DNA from: a virus
IMG/VR virus record: IMGVR_UViG_3300044613_001897
Direction: 5' to 3' (one strand)
Length of the DNA: 64,000 nt
The notes under the pieces were generated by a model, which worked only from the letters and a program-made list of their open reading frames with translations, made no database searches and was not told where the DNA came from. This document shows positions 20,646 through 30,604 of the stretch, in pieces. The translations under genes and the position numbers were made by a program. Numbering within the stretch: position 1 is the stretch's first letter; each line of letters begins with the position of its first letter.

Positions 20646-22325
20646 ATGAAACCTGTTCAATCATTACTATCAAGTGCAGACGGTAACTACCGCGCGCAGT
20701 TGAATGAAACAAAAGGTCTAGTAAACAAATGGGAAAAAACCGGTTTACTAGAAGGTATGTCAGCCGAATATGACAAGCATGGTATGGCTATTATGCTAGA
20801 AAACCAAGCAAAACAATTAGTACAAGAAGCTAATGCAACTGGTACGGCAAATAACTCTGAGCAGTGGGCTGGTGTAGCTCTTCCATTGGTAAGACGTATC
20901 TTTGCTGAAATCGCAGCTAAAGACTTCGTTTCTGTACAACCAATGAATCTACCTTCAGGTCTAGTATTCTATTTGGATTTCAAATATGGTACTTCTGTAG
21001 CAGGATTTAATACTTCTAATGGAGGTGCAACTGATCCAACAAAACCTGCATACCAAAATAACTCAGTATTTGGTGTTACCAACGATACTGTAGATCCTTC
21101 ACAAGGTCTTTATGGTGCTGGAAGATTTGGATACTCAATCAATGATCAAACATCAGTAGTTGGTATTACAGGGTCACTTGCCGGCGGTCCGATTGCGGCC
21201 TCAGGTAGCGTCACTATATCTACTTTTGCTACTGCAGGAACTTTGGAACAAGTAAATTATGATACCAAATTCTCTGCTTCATTTGCTCCTACATCAGCAT
21301 CCATTAAAGTAATTACAGTATCTACTGCATCATTTACTAATCCAGATCTTAAAGGTATTAGAGCATTTATACCGTCAGGTTCAGGCATCTCTGCAGTATT
21401 CCCGCAGTTTACTACTTATAATGCTACCAACGAAACGATTTCATTCGTAGTATCCGGTTCAATATCAACTACAGCTACCGCTACAAATGTAACGTTTACT
21501 TACCAAGTACAACCTACACCTGCATCACGTGATGATTTTGAAGATAGAACTGGTGGTTCTAGCAACATTAATATCCCAGAAATCAATGTAGAATTGAAAT
21601 CTGATCCTATCACTGCTAAGACTCGTAAGTTAAAAGCAATCTGGACACCAGAATTTGCTCAAGACTTGAACGCTTACCATTCAATTGATGCTGAAGCTGA
21701 ATTGACTTCAATGTTGTCTGAGTATATCTCTATGGAGATCGACCTAGAAATCTTGGATATGTTGATTCAGAATGCAGTAACAACTGAATATTGGTCAACT
21801 CAAGTTGGTGAGTATTGGAATGGAAACGGATTTACTTCTGATTCTGCAACAAATGCTGCATCTGCTTATAACCAAGGTCAATGGTTCCAAACATTAGGAA
21901 CTAAAATCCAAAAAGTATCTAACAAAATTCATCAGAAGACATTAAGAGGTGGTGCAAACTTCCTAGTATGTTCTCCTGACGTAGCTACTATCCTAGAGTC
22001 TATCCCAGGATATGCAGCAGATACTAATGGTGACAAAATGCAATTTGCAATGGGTGTTCAGAAGGTAGGTATGCTTAATAGCAGATTTACAGTTTACAAG
22101 AACCCTTATATGTTGGAGAACACAATCCTATTAGGATATCGTGGTGCTCAGTTCCTAGAAACAGGTGCTGTGTACGCTCCATATGTACCGTTGATCATGA
22201 CTCCTCTAGTATACGATCCTACAAACTTTACTCCAAGAAAAGGTGTAATGACGAGATATGCTAAGAAAGTAGTGCGCCCCGAGTTTTATGGTAAAATTTA
22301 TGTTAAAGGTTTACAATCAGTATAA
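20646..22325 (+). CDS. Major capsid protein (T4 gp23-like)
   Basis: LENQ, PLVRR, VSVQPMNLPSGLVF, AKTRKLKA.WTPEFAQDL, YAPYVPL, MTRYA. Confidence 0.98.
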   Translation: MKPVQSLLSSADGNYRAQLNETKGLVNKWEKTGLLEGMSAEYDKHGMAIMLENQAKQLVQEANATGTANNSEQWAGVALPLVRRIFAEIAAKDFVSVQPMNLPSGLVFYLDFKYGTSVAGFNTSNGGATDPTKPAYQNNSVFGVTNDTVDPSQGLYGAGRFGYSINDQTSVVGITGSLAGGPIAASGSVTISTFATAGTLEQVNYDTKFSASFAPTSASIKVITVSTASFTNPDLKGIRAFIPSGSGISAVFPQFTTYNATNETISFVVSGSISTTATATNVTFTYQVQPTPASRDDFEDRTGGSSNINIPEINVELKSDPITAKTRKLKAIWTPEFAQDLNAYHSIDAEAELTSMLSEYISMEIDLEILDMLIQNAVTTEYWSTQVGEYWNGNGFTSDSATNAASAYNQGQWFQTLGTKIQKVSNKIHQKTLRGGANFLVCSPDVATILESIPGYAADTNGDKMQFAMGVQKVGMLNSRFTVYKNPYMLENTILLGYRGAQFLETGAVYAPYVPLIMTPLVYDPTNFTPRKGVMTRYAKKVVRPEFYGKIYVKGLQSV

Positions 22326-22354
22326 TAACTGAAAGTACTCTAAACATTAGTGTT

Positions 22355-22386
22355 AAAGGGGCTCGATTAATTTCGAGCCCTTTTTT
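22355..22386 (+). terminator. Intrinsic terminator after the major capsid gene
   Basis: gggctcga/tcgagccc stem followed by T6. Confidence 0.85.
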
Positions 22387-22442
22387 CATGTTTAATTTTG
22401 AATTCTACGACAAAATACTTATATTTATATAAAATAGAAATT

Positions 22443-23150
22443 ATGGTAATTTATGAAACAATCAATTTAATTAACAATAAACGTTATATTGGACAAGATT
22501 CAAATGACAATCCGAACTATTTAGGATCTGGACATTTACTTAAAAAGGCTATTGAAAAATATGGACGAGAAAATTTTGTTAAGATAGTATTAGAACGTTG
22601 CGAAACTAAAGAACAATTAGATCAACGAGAAAAATATTGGATAGATATAACGAATGCACAAACATCATCAAATTACTATAATATAGTACAAGGGGGGTCC
22701 GGAGGAAATACTTGGATTGGACGAGAGAATTCTAAGAAACATACACAGTTTAAAGCAAAAATGAAACGAATAAATAATGATCCGCAATATATCAGAACTA
22801 GGAACGGTCACACAGAACAAACTAAAGAAAATCAAAGAAAAGCTGCTGTCGACAGATATACCCAAAAATGGTTTCAAAATAAATACGGTACTGAACTAGG
22901 TGAAATAAAGTTCAAAGAACGTAGTAATATGCTATCAAAACAAAATTCCGGTGCTAATAATGGTGCATACAAACATATAGACAGAGAGGAATTTAGAAAA
23001 GATGTACTGTCAGGCTTAGATAAACCAACCATACAAAAGAAACATAACCTAGGATCTACAGCGTTTACTAATAAAATGTTAGATGTATTTAATACAAGTA
23101 AAATACGAGAAGCTAGAAAGCTATATAATTCTACTCTAGTACAATCATAG
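22443..23150 (+). CDS. Free-standing GIY-YIG homing endonuclease (Seg-like)
   Basis: VIYETINLINNKRYIGQ, YLGSG, AIEKYGRENF, REKYWI, YYNI..GG. ATG at 22443 is preferred because it lies 14 nt after ATATTTAT. Confidence 0.9.
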   Translation: MVIYETINLINNKRYIGQDSNDNPNYLGSGHLLKKAIEKYGRENFVKIVLERCETKEQLDQREKYWIDITNAQTSSNYYNIVQGGSGGNTWIGRENSKKHTQFKAKMKRINNDPQYIRTRNGHTEQTKENQRKAAVDRYTQKWFQNKYGTELGEIKFKERSNMLSKQNSGANNGAYKHIDREEFRKDVLSGLDKPTIQKKHNLGSTAFTNKMLDVFNTSKIREARKLYNSTLVQS

Positions 23151-23290
23151 TTACCCATCATTAACCTAGTATTATTTTTATAATACCTGTTATACCAATA
23201 TAGAAATATCATGTTAATTCCCTTGTTTAAGATTTATTCAATAACCTACAATAATGATTAGTAAAATAGATATTTATAAGAAATAACTTT

Positions 23291-23986
23291 ATGGAACAAT
23301 TTGCAGGTGAAACCAAAAATAAACCTAGTAACGAAAAAAGAAAACCCAAGGGGGAGATAAAATTTCAAGTTACGCTAAATAATGAACAGAAAGAAGCTAA
23401 ACGACTTATATTAGCTAATGATATTACAATATTAAAAGGGCAAGCAGGTTCCGGAAAATCATTAGTTGCAGTGCAGATAGCATTAGACTTATTATTTAAA
23501 CGAGAGGTAGAAAAGATTATAATTACAAGACCATTAGTTACGTCAGGTGAAGATACTGGGTATTTACCTGGAGGAATAAAAGAGAAGACAGATCCATTTA
23601 CAGCACCAGTATACGATAATATGTATAGATGCTATGGTAAAGAAAAGATTGATAAATGTGTAGTAGACGGTACTATAGAAGTTATTCCTTTTGCATTTAT
23701 GCGAGGTAGAAATATGACAAATGCGATAATTATAGCAGACGAATGTCAAAATATTACTCATAAACAAATGGAACTTTTATTGGGTCGTATGTGTAAAGGA
23801 AGTAAAATGATATTATGTGGCGATAATGCTCAGATAGATTTGAAAGATAAAAGACAATCAGGATTTGACTTTTTATGTAAACATATGAAAGACGTTAACG
23901 GATTCGCTCAGTTCTCACTTAAAACTAATCATAGACATCCAATAGTAGAGGATATACTTAAAATATATAAAGAATTCAATGATTAA
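23291..23986 (+). CDS. phoH: PhoH-family ATPase
   Basis: GQAGSGKS, GYLPG, FMRGR, IADECQN, GDNAQIDL, RHPIV. Confidence 0.95.
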   Translation: MEQFAGETKNKPSNEKRKPKGEIKFQVTLNNEQKEAKRLILANDITILKGQAGSGKSLVAVQIALDLLFKREVEKIIITRPLVTSGEDTGYLPGGIKEKTDPFTAPVYDNMYRCYGKEKIDKCVVDGTIEVIPFAFMRGRNMTNAIIIADECQNITHKQMELLLGRMCKGSKMILCGDNAQIDLKDKRQSGFDFLCKHMKDVNGFAQFSLKTNHRHPIVEDILKIYKEFND

Positions 23987-25214
23987 ACTAACAGACTTAC
24001 TTAATGAAGACCTTCGAGCCTGGTTTGGTAAAGGAGGCAAAGGTGGTGTAGGTGGCGGTGGATGGGACCGATATAATTCATCGGGAAATAGAATTGGTAA
24101 ATGTGGCGATGCAAAAGAAGGAGATGCGTATTCAGCTTGTCTATCAAAAGAAAAAGCTAAAAAGTTAGGTAAAGCTGGTAGAGCAGCATTTGTGAAAAGA
24201 AAAAGAGCTGCACAGAAAAAAGGTGGGGATGCTAAAAAAGGTGGTGAACAAACAAAAGGTCAAAACCCAATTAAAGTAAAAACTGGTATCAAAAAGGAAA
24301 TTATACTGAGAGAATATACTCCTAGTAATCCTGCGGATATCGATAAAGCTATTAAGGAAATAGAAAAATTAGGTGTACGCAATCCACTCAACCCTAAAGA
24401 AATCGTAATTGATGATAGTGTAATAATAGAAGTAAGTAATTGGGATAAACGTTTATGGTTTTCTAGTTTGTATTCTATCGATAAGGGTAAAGGTAATGCT
24501 ACGGTTGTAATGAAAAAAATTATGGATATTGCCGACAAGTATAAAGTAAACGTCGCATTGGACCCGCATCCGTTTGGAACTGGGACTGGTAGACTAAATC
24601 GAGCCCAGTTAGTTAACTTTTATAAGAAGTTTGGATTTGAATTTGAAGATGGTGAGGAAGATTTTGGTGATATGGAAAGAATTGCTGAAATTTCAGAACG
24701 TCTTAATTTGTTTCTAGAGAAAAATGTACCTACCGATAAATCGAAATGGTCGTACTATAAAGCACAAGCCAAAAAGAAATTTGATGTATATCCATCAGCT
24801 TATGCAAATGCATGGGCAGCAAAAAAGTACAAAGCAGCCGGTGGCGGATGGAGAACTACCAATGAAAATCATGAACAGACCATGTGTACAGAATGTGCAA
24901 TTAAACTCATGAATTCGTTAAAAGAATCGGTTATAACAGAAGCTGAATATCAAGGTAGAACAGTTACATTAAATAAGCCTACTCGAGGCGATGTTGCTAA
25001 GTATAAGGTATATGTTACCAATGATAAAGGTAATGTAGTTAAAGTAAATTTTGGGGATAAAAAAATGTCGATCAAAAGAGATGATCCTGCAAGAAGAAAA
25101 TCTTTTAGAGCTAGACACAAATGTGACCAAAAGAAAGATAGAACTACTGCAGGTTATTGGAGCTGTAAAATGTGGTCTACAAAACCAGTAAGTAAAATAT
25201 TACAAGGAAAATGA
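23979..25214 (+). CDS. Leader-B multidomain protein with a GNAT-like domain and small basic phage domains
   Basis: MIKLTDLLNE leader. GNAT-like KGKGNA...LVNFYKKFGFE, then YPSAYANAW and FGD...RRKSFRARHKC...YWSC modules. Confidence 0.7.
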   Translation: MIKLTDLLNEDLRAWFGKGGKGGVGGGGWDRYNSSGNRIGKCGDAKEGDAYSACLSKEKAKKLGKAGRAAFVKRKRAAQKKGGDAKKGGEQTKGQNPIKVKTGIKKEIILREYTPSNPADIDKAIKEIEKLGVRNPLNPKEIVIDDSVIIEVSNWDKRLWFSSLYSIDKGKGNATVVMKKIMDIADKYKVNVALDPHPFGTGTGRLNRAQLVNFYKKFGFEFEDGEEDFGDMERIAEISERLNLFLEKNVPTDKSKWSYYKAQAKKKFDVYPSAYANAWAAKKYKAAGGGWRTTNENHEQTMCTECAIKLMNSLKESVITEAEYQGRTVTLNKPTRGDVAKYKVYVTNDKGNVVKVNFGDKKMSIKRDDPARRKSFRARHKCDQKKDRTTAGYWSCKMWSTKPVSKILQGK

Positions 25215-25933
25215 TTAAGCTAAAACCATTATTAGAATATTCATATAAATCATCAAAGATTTTTGATTTTGATGATACCTTAGCTACAACAGATACTAAA
25301 GTAAAAGTTACGCATAACGATGGTGCAGAATCGCTACTGTCCCCTGCTGAATATGCAGTATATAAACCGCAACCTGGAGATAAGTTTGATTATAAAGAGT
25401 TTGATAGAATGTTACGTTCGCCAAAACCAATTGATAAAATTTGGAAACTTTTGGTAGCAGCAACAAAAAACCCGGCAAACAAAGTAACAATATTGACAGC
25501 TAGAAGATTAGCGTTCCCTATTAGATACTGGTTAAAACGAATGGGGTTAGATGTATATGTAATTGCAGTAGGTGGTAGTGACCCGCAATTAAAAGTAAAA
25601 TGGATAGAAGCCGAAATAAAAAAAGGAGCAACAGATATAACATTTATTGATGATTCACATAAGAATGTAGATGCAGTAGCAAAATTAGGTGATGATTACC
25701 CATTAGTTTCAGTTAAATCATTAACGCCAGAACAATCTGGGTCACTTAAAGAGTTTGCTTTTGGTGCAACAATGAACGCCCAAGAGTTAGCCAGACACTT
25801 AAAAAAACTTAAAAAGTTAAAGGGGTATATGGCAAAACAAGGTGATAAAATGGTTCCGTACCCAAATTTGGAAAAAACAGTTATGGGTGCGAAATTATTA
25901 ACAGGACCAAATCCATTGAAACTTAAAAAATGA
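25211..25933 (+). CDS. Leader-B HAD-superfamily phosphatase
   Basis: MIKLKPLLE leader. FDFDDTL (motif I), ILTAR (II), K (III), FIDDS (IV). Confidence 0.8.
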   Translation: MIKLKPLLEYSYKSSKIFDFDDTLATTDTKVKVTHNDGAESLLSPAEYAVYKPQPGDKFDYKEFDRMLRSPKPIDKIWKLLVAATKNPANKVTILTARRLAFPIRYWLKRMGLDVYVIAVGGSDPQLKVKWIEAEIKKGATDITFIDDSHKNVDAVAKLGDDYPLVSVKSLTPEQSGSLKEFAFGATMNAQELARHLKKLKKLKGYMAKQGDKMVPYPNLEKTVMGAKLLTGPNPLKLKK

Positions 25934-26808
25934 AACTCAAAGATCTTATACCTAAACCTATTAATGAATGTGTAGTAGCTACTATACACTTAAATGGTGA
26001 GACTATATTAGCTAAGAATAGAGATAGAAAGTATAGTCCTACTATTGAAATAATCCATGAACTTATTGATGGTGTTGAAGTTGTATATATACACGATACT
26101 ATTACAGATTGGTCAGAGGGTATGAATGAATATGGTATTGGTATTATTAATGCATCTTTACTAGTTCATTATGATGAAATTGAAGCTGATATTGCAACTG
26201 GTAAAGTAGATTTTGATAAAGATAAAAAAGGTGTACAACCGTCTTATGATGGCTTAAAGATTAGAAAATCGTTATCTAAACATAAATTAGGACAAGCAAT
26301 AAAATCTATCATAGAATTTGCAGGTGAAGATAAAAAAGATGTAGGTGTAAAAGGTATGACAATGGCTGCCAATCCAGAACATTCATTTGTTATAGAACTA
26401 ACATCAGAACATTTACCAGTAATTAAGAAGATAGATAACCCTAAAGTAACAGTTAGAACTAATCATGGTATATCTTATCCAGAAACAGGATACACATCAG
26501 GAGAGAAACGAAAGTCATCTTTATCTAGAAAAGAAATTGCAGAAAAAGAATTGGAGAAAGTAACTGATTCTACACAAATATTAAATGTATTATCTAAACA
26601 ATATACTGATGATAATTTTCTGAATCCTTACAGAAGAAACAATAATTATAAAATGTATACAACCGGACAGATAATGATGAATCTAGATAGATTAGAATTT
26701 AACTTTAGATGGGATACAAATCATTCTAAATTTAACGGTGTTGTAAATAAATTACCTAAAGATTATACCCCAAAAATAAAAATAACTTTAACAGAAGAAA
26801 TCAAATGA
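25930..26808 (+). CDS. Leader-B Ntn-hydrolase (Cys nucleophile)
   Basis: After MKLKDLIPKPINE: CVVA...LAKNRDR, WSEGMNEYGIGI, RTNHG. Confidence 0.75.
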   Translation: MKLKDLIPKPINECVVATIHLNGETILAKNRDRKYSPTIEIIHELIDGVEVVYIHDTITDWSEGMNEYGIGIINASLLVHYDEIEADIATGKVDFDKDKKGVQPSYDGLKIRKSLSKHKLGQAIKSIIEFAGEDKKDVGVKGMTMAANPEHSFVIELTSEHLPVIKKIDNPKVTVRTNHGISYPETGYTSGEKRKSSLSRKEIAEKELEKVTDSTQILNVLSKQYTDDNFLNPYRRNNNYKMYTTGQIMMNLDRLEFNFRWDTNHSKFNGVVNKLPKDYTPKIKITLTEEIK

Positions 26809-27071
26809 AATTAAAAGATTTATTAGTAACAGAAAATTTCGGTGGGCCTGGTAAAATGATATTACCAGCAAACCATAAAGCAGGATTACGAGTACCTAAA
26901 GGTGGTTCTTGTTGTGCCAATTGTAAATATTGGGCGCCAGAAGAAGAAGTATGCGTTAGTAAGTACTATATAAAATGGGCAGGTACTAGTACTATACCAT
27001 ATAAGGCAGATGAATATTGCACTAATTGGTGGGAACCGATACCTAAAAAGATTGCAAAAGAACAACAATAA
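26805..27071 (+). CDS. Leader-B small Cys-rich protein
   Basis: MKLKDLLVTE leader, CCANCKYW...C...YCTNWW. Confidence 0.65.
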   Translation: MKLKDLLVTENFGGPGKMILPANHKAGLRVPKGGSCCANCKYWAPEEEVCVSKYYIKWAGTSTIPYKADEYCTNWWEPIPKKIAKEQQ

Positions 27072-27082
27072 ATTTAAACATC

Positions 27083-27676
27083 ATGGACATTAACAAACTA
27101 AAAGGTCATATACCAGATACAGTTATTGATCAATTACCTGAGGTAATGAGTAAGTTTGGTATAACAAACAAATTACGTTTAGCACATTTCTTATCGCAAT
27201 GCGGACACGAATCTGGTGGATTCAGATTGGTTAATGAAAATCTAAACTATTCAGCAGCCGGACTTAAAAAAATATTTTCAAAATATTTCCCGGGTACTGT
27301 AAACGAGTCCTATGCAAGACAACCACAGAAAATAGCTAGTAGAGTATATGCGAGTAGAATGGGTAATGGTGATGAAAATTCAGCAGAAGGTTGGAAATTC
27401 AGAGGTAGAGGATACATTCAATTAACTGGAAAGAACAACTATACAGCATTTACCAAATTTATTGGTGAAGATTGTGTAGCTAATCCAGATTTAGTTGCAA
27501 CCAAATACCCATTAGCATCAGCAGCATTTTTCTTTAATAGTAATGGTTTATGGACAATATGCGATAAGGGAGCAACAGATGCTGATGTTACCGCAGTAAC
27601 TAAAAGAGTAAACGGTGGAACAATCGGATTGCCTGATAGAATCAAACATTTTAAAGAATATTATTCATTACTGTAA
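27083..27676 (+). CDS. GH19 chitinase/lysozyme-fold endolysin
   Basis: HFLSQCGHESGGF, ENLNYS, FRGRGYIQLTGKNNY, TKRVNGG. Confidence 0.93.
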   Translation: MDINKLKGHIPDTVIDQLPEVMSKFGITNKLRLAHFLSQCGHESGGFRLVNENLNYSAAGLKKIFSKYFPGTVNESYARQPQKIASRVYASRMGNGDENSAEGWKFRGRGYIQLTGKNNYTAFTKFIGEDCVANPDLVATKYPLASAAFFFNSNGLWTICDKGATDADVTAVTKRVNGGTIGLPDRIKHFKEYYSLL

Positions 27677-27726
27677 CAATAATTAGTTATTATTCAATTG
27701 AATGATAATTATATGAAAGATACAGA

Positions 27727-28881
27727 ATGCCTCAGACAGTAATACCAATATGGCCGGGAACCAGTACATTCACATCTGGTAGCACACCGTTTGGATTCTA
27801 TGATGCTGATATACTATTTGCATCAGATGCAGATAAATCAGCAAAATGGTGTGCCCAACGATTAGGATATCCTATTGTTAATATAGAATTACAAGCTATT
27901 AATTTCTATACTGCATTTGAAGAAGCTGTAACTGAATACTCTAATCAAGTAAATCAGTTTAATATTAGAGATAATATGATGAACCTACAAGGGTCTAGCA
28001 CTTCAAATAATATGTCACAACAACTCGTATCTGTAAATCTAGACAGAATAATATCATTATCATCAGAATATGGAGTTGAATCTGGATTTGGTGGTAAAGT
28101 GACTTATAAATCGGCATCATTGCAATTACAGACCGGAGTACAAGATTATGACTTGTCGTCATCATTAGATTTAGAAGGTGCTGATATTTGGTCTGATATA
28201 GAAATAAAAAGAATATTACATTATGCACCACCTGCAATATCTAGATATTTTGATCCATTTGTAGGTACTGGTATGGGCAGTCAACAAATGCTAGAACAAT
28301 TTGGTTGGGGGTCATATTCACCTGGAGTATCTTTTATGATGATGCCAATATATGCAGATTTATTAAGATTACAAGCTATAGAATTTAATGATCAAATAAG
28401 AAGATCTGGATATGCATTTGAACTTCATAATAACAGATTAAAAATATTTCCAATACCTACTGCAGATATTACGCTATGGATGGAATATATTGTAAAAGCT
28501 GATAGAGCTAACCCATTTCAATCATCAGGTAGTGCACTAGTGTCAGACTTTAGTAATGCATCATTTGATTTTATACCTTATTCAAATATTAATGATACTG
28601 GTAGACGCTGGATATGGCAGTATATGTTGGCTGTAGCTAAGGAAATGTTAGGACAGATTAGAACTAAATATGCTACTGTACCATTCCCTAATGGTGAATT
28701 AACATTGAATGGAGGTGAACTATTAGGACAAGCAGCTGCTGAAAAGGAAGCTTTAGTAACACAATTACGAGAGAACTTAACAGCCACTAGTAGAGATGCT
28801 CAATTAGCTAAAAAACAAAGTGAGGCAGAAGCATTACAACAACAGTTAAATAAAATACCAATTGGTATTTGGATAGCATAA
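27727..28881 (+). CDS. Neck protein (T4 gp13-like)
   Basis: RLGYPIVNIEL, YMLAVAKEMLG..R.KY, LNGGEL. Confidence 0.8.
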   Translation: MPQTVIPIWPGTSTFTSGSTPFGFYDADILFASDADKSAKWCAQRLGYPIVNIELQAINFYTAFEEAVTEYSNQVNQFNIRDNMMNLQGSSTSNNMSQQLVSVNLDRIISLSSEYGVESGFGGKVTYKSASLQLQTGVQDYDLSSSLDLEGADIWSDIEIKRILHYAPPAISRYFDPFVGTGMGSQQMLEQFGWGSYSPGVSFMMMPIYADLLRLQAIEFNDQIRRSGYAFELHNNRLKIFPIPTADITLWMEYIVKADRANPFQSSGSALVSDFSNASFDFIPYSNINDTGRRWIWQYMLAVAKEMLGQIRTKYATVPFPNGELTLNGGELLGQAAAEKEALVTQLRENLTATSRDAQLAKKQSEAEALQQQLNKIPIGIWIA

Positions 28882-28892
28882 AATAAAAGAAA

Positions 28893-29414
28893 ATGGCCTT
28901 ATTTGCAGGAGAAAGAGATATTAGTTTATTTTATCACTTGAATAACGAGATGATTCAAAGAATTATGGATATTCAGATATTATTATATAAACTTAATCTG
29001 AATTCTACAGATATAAATCTTTATGGAGAATCTGGAAAGAAAACATATGATAGTCCTATATATGTACACACTATAATAAACTTAACACCGCCTGAATCAA
29101 CTGGAGAGGAATATGGTGTAGACTATAGACAAAGTGCTGAATTTGCATTTTTACGAGACGACTTATTGGCCACAACAATAGTACCAGAAATTGGTGATAT
29201 TATAGAATATGATAGCACTTTTTGGGAAATTGACAATGTTGCAGAGGCGCAGTACTATGCTAGTAAGAATCCTGATAGCTGGTTTGGCGGTACAAACTTC
29301 GGCTATTCAGTATCAATGATATGTAGTGCTCATAGAACAAAACAATCAGGATTAAATATAGTACCTATACGTACTGGAATTATTACTAAAAAAGCATTAC
29401 CTAAAAATGTATGA
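28893..29414 (+). CDS. Head closure/neck protein (T4 gp14-like)
   Basis: NLYGES, PEIGDII...WEI. Follows the gp13-like gene. Confidence 0.75.
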   Translation: MALFAGERDISLFYHLNNEMIQRIMDIQILLYKLNLNSTDINLYGESGKKTYDSPIYVHTIINLTPPESTGEEYGVDYRQSAEFAFLRDDLLATTIVPEIGDIIEYDSTFWEIDNVAEAQYYASKNPDSWFGGTNFGYSVSMICSAHRTKQSGLNIVPIRTGIITKKALPKNV

Positions 29415-30604
29415 AACCTAGAAAGCCAAATAAAACAGAGAGTACATTTAGTAATAATCAACCAGTAAGAAGAGAAACTGAGGTTAGAAGAGATACTGAT
29501 AAACAAAAGAATATTAGTGTATCTTTATATGATATTGATTACAATGTAAAGTGGCATATTGAGAATGTAATAGTACCACAATTAATAGAAAATGGTCAAG
29601 TAATTAAACTACCAGTTATATTTAGTTCACCTGAAAAATGGGCATCTATAAGAGAGCAAGGATATCTAAGGGATAATAAACAGAAGATGATTGCTCCATT
29701 ATTAATGATCAAACGAAATTCAGTAACTCCTAGAGAAGATATAAATACTAGTGCTGTATTTAGAGATAGTATAAATAAGGATAGTAATAATGCAATACTT
29801 TTCGAAAAAAAATATACTAAGGAAAACAGATATGATCAGTTCTCTTTATTAAATGGTAGACCACCATTACGAGAATTCTATTCTATTGAAATACCTAATT
29901 ATGTTGAAGTACAATACGATATAATGATTTGGACAGATACTATAGTGCAACTAAATGAAGTAGTTGAGCAGGTATTATTTTACGATGGTAAAGCATTCGG
30001 TGATACCTATAAATTTTTAACTTATATAGATACTCCTACATTTGAACATGTAAATACTACAGGTGATGATAGAATCGTTAGATGTAATATATCATTTAGA
30101 ACTAAAGGATACTTAATACAAGAAAACTTAGATAAGCGTAATAATATGCGTAAGTTTTTCAATATGAATAAGTTAAGATTTGGTATTGAAGTAACAGGTA
30201 CTGGAGAGACTATAGAATTGAATCCTAACGCAACAAAGCTACAATCAGTAACCACTACTAGATCAGCACCTATTGTTGAATTAGTAATGACTGATATATT
30301 AAAATATTTAGATACAAATATAACTGTAAATGCAGATGATGTAACATCAGTATATGCAGACTTTAATGGAGTACAAATACTTAATCCACCTGATGCAAGA
30401 CTACCAAATACAGATAAATATAGTTTTACATATTTTATTAATGGTCAGTATGCAACACCTGCAGCTATTATATCTATTGTCAATATAACACCTACTGCTG
30501 TTAGAGTCACATTTGATATTAGTATATTAGAATTTACATTGAGCAATACAGATGTAATAACGGTATCAGGTAAATTTACAGGAGTAAATGATTCTACTAT
30601 ATGA
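29411..30604 (+). CDS. Tail terminator/sheath stabiliser (T4 gp15-like) with a C-terminal extension
   Basis: LPVIFSSPEKW, PNYVEVQYDIMIWT..IVQLNEVVEQ, plus synteny. Confidence 0.7.
   Translation: MKPRKPNKTESTFSNNQPVRRETEVRRDTDKQKNISVSLYDIDYNVKWHIENVIVPQLIENGQVIKLPVIFSSPEKWASIREQGYLRDNKQKMIAPLLMIKRNSVTPREDINTSAVFRDSINKDSNNAILFEKKYTKENRYDQFSLLNGRPPLREFYSIEIPNYVEVQYDIMIWTDTIVQLNEVVEQVLFYDGKAFGDTYKFLTYIDTPTFEHVNTTGDDRIVRCNISFRTKGYLIQENLDKRNNMRKFFNMNKLRFGIEVTGTGETIELNPNATKLQSVTTTRSAPIVELVMTDILKYLDTNITVNADDVTSVYADFNGVQILNPPDARLPNTDKYSFTYFINGQYATPAAIISIVNITPTAVRVTFDISILEFTLSNTDVITVSGKFTGVNDSTI

Noticed and set aside
22398-22442. TTG start for the GIY-YIG gene
   Set aside because: It would span the promoter motif. 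ATG 22443 gives the usual spacing and begins at the GIY-like motif.
23151-23290. Degenerate minus-strand GIY-YIG fragment (FYIGITGIIKI) or RNA gene in the gap
   Set aside because: Too short, motif order is wrong, and there is no convincing structure.
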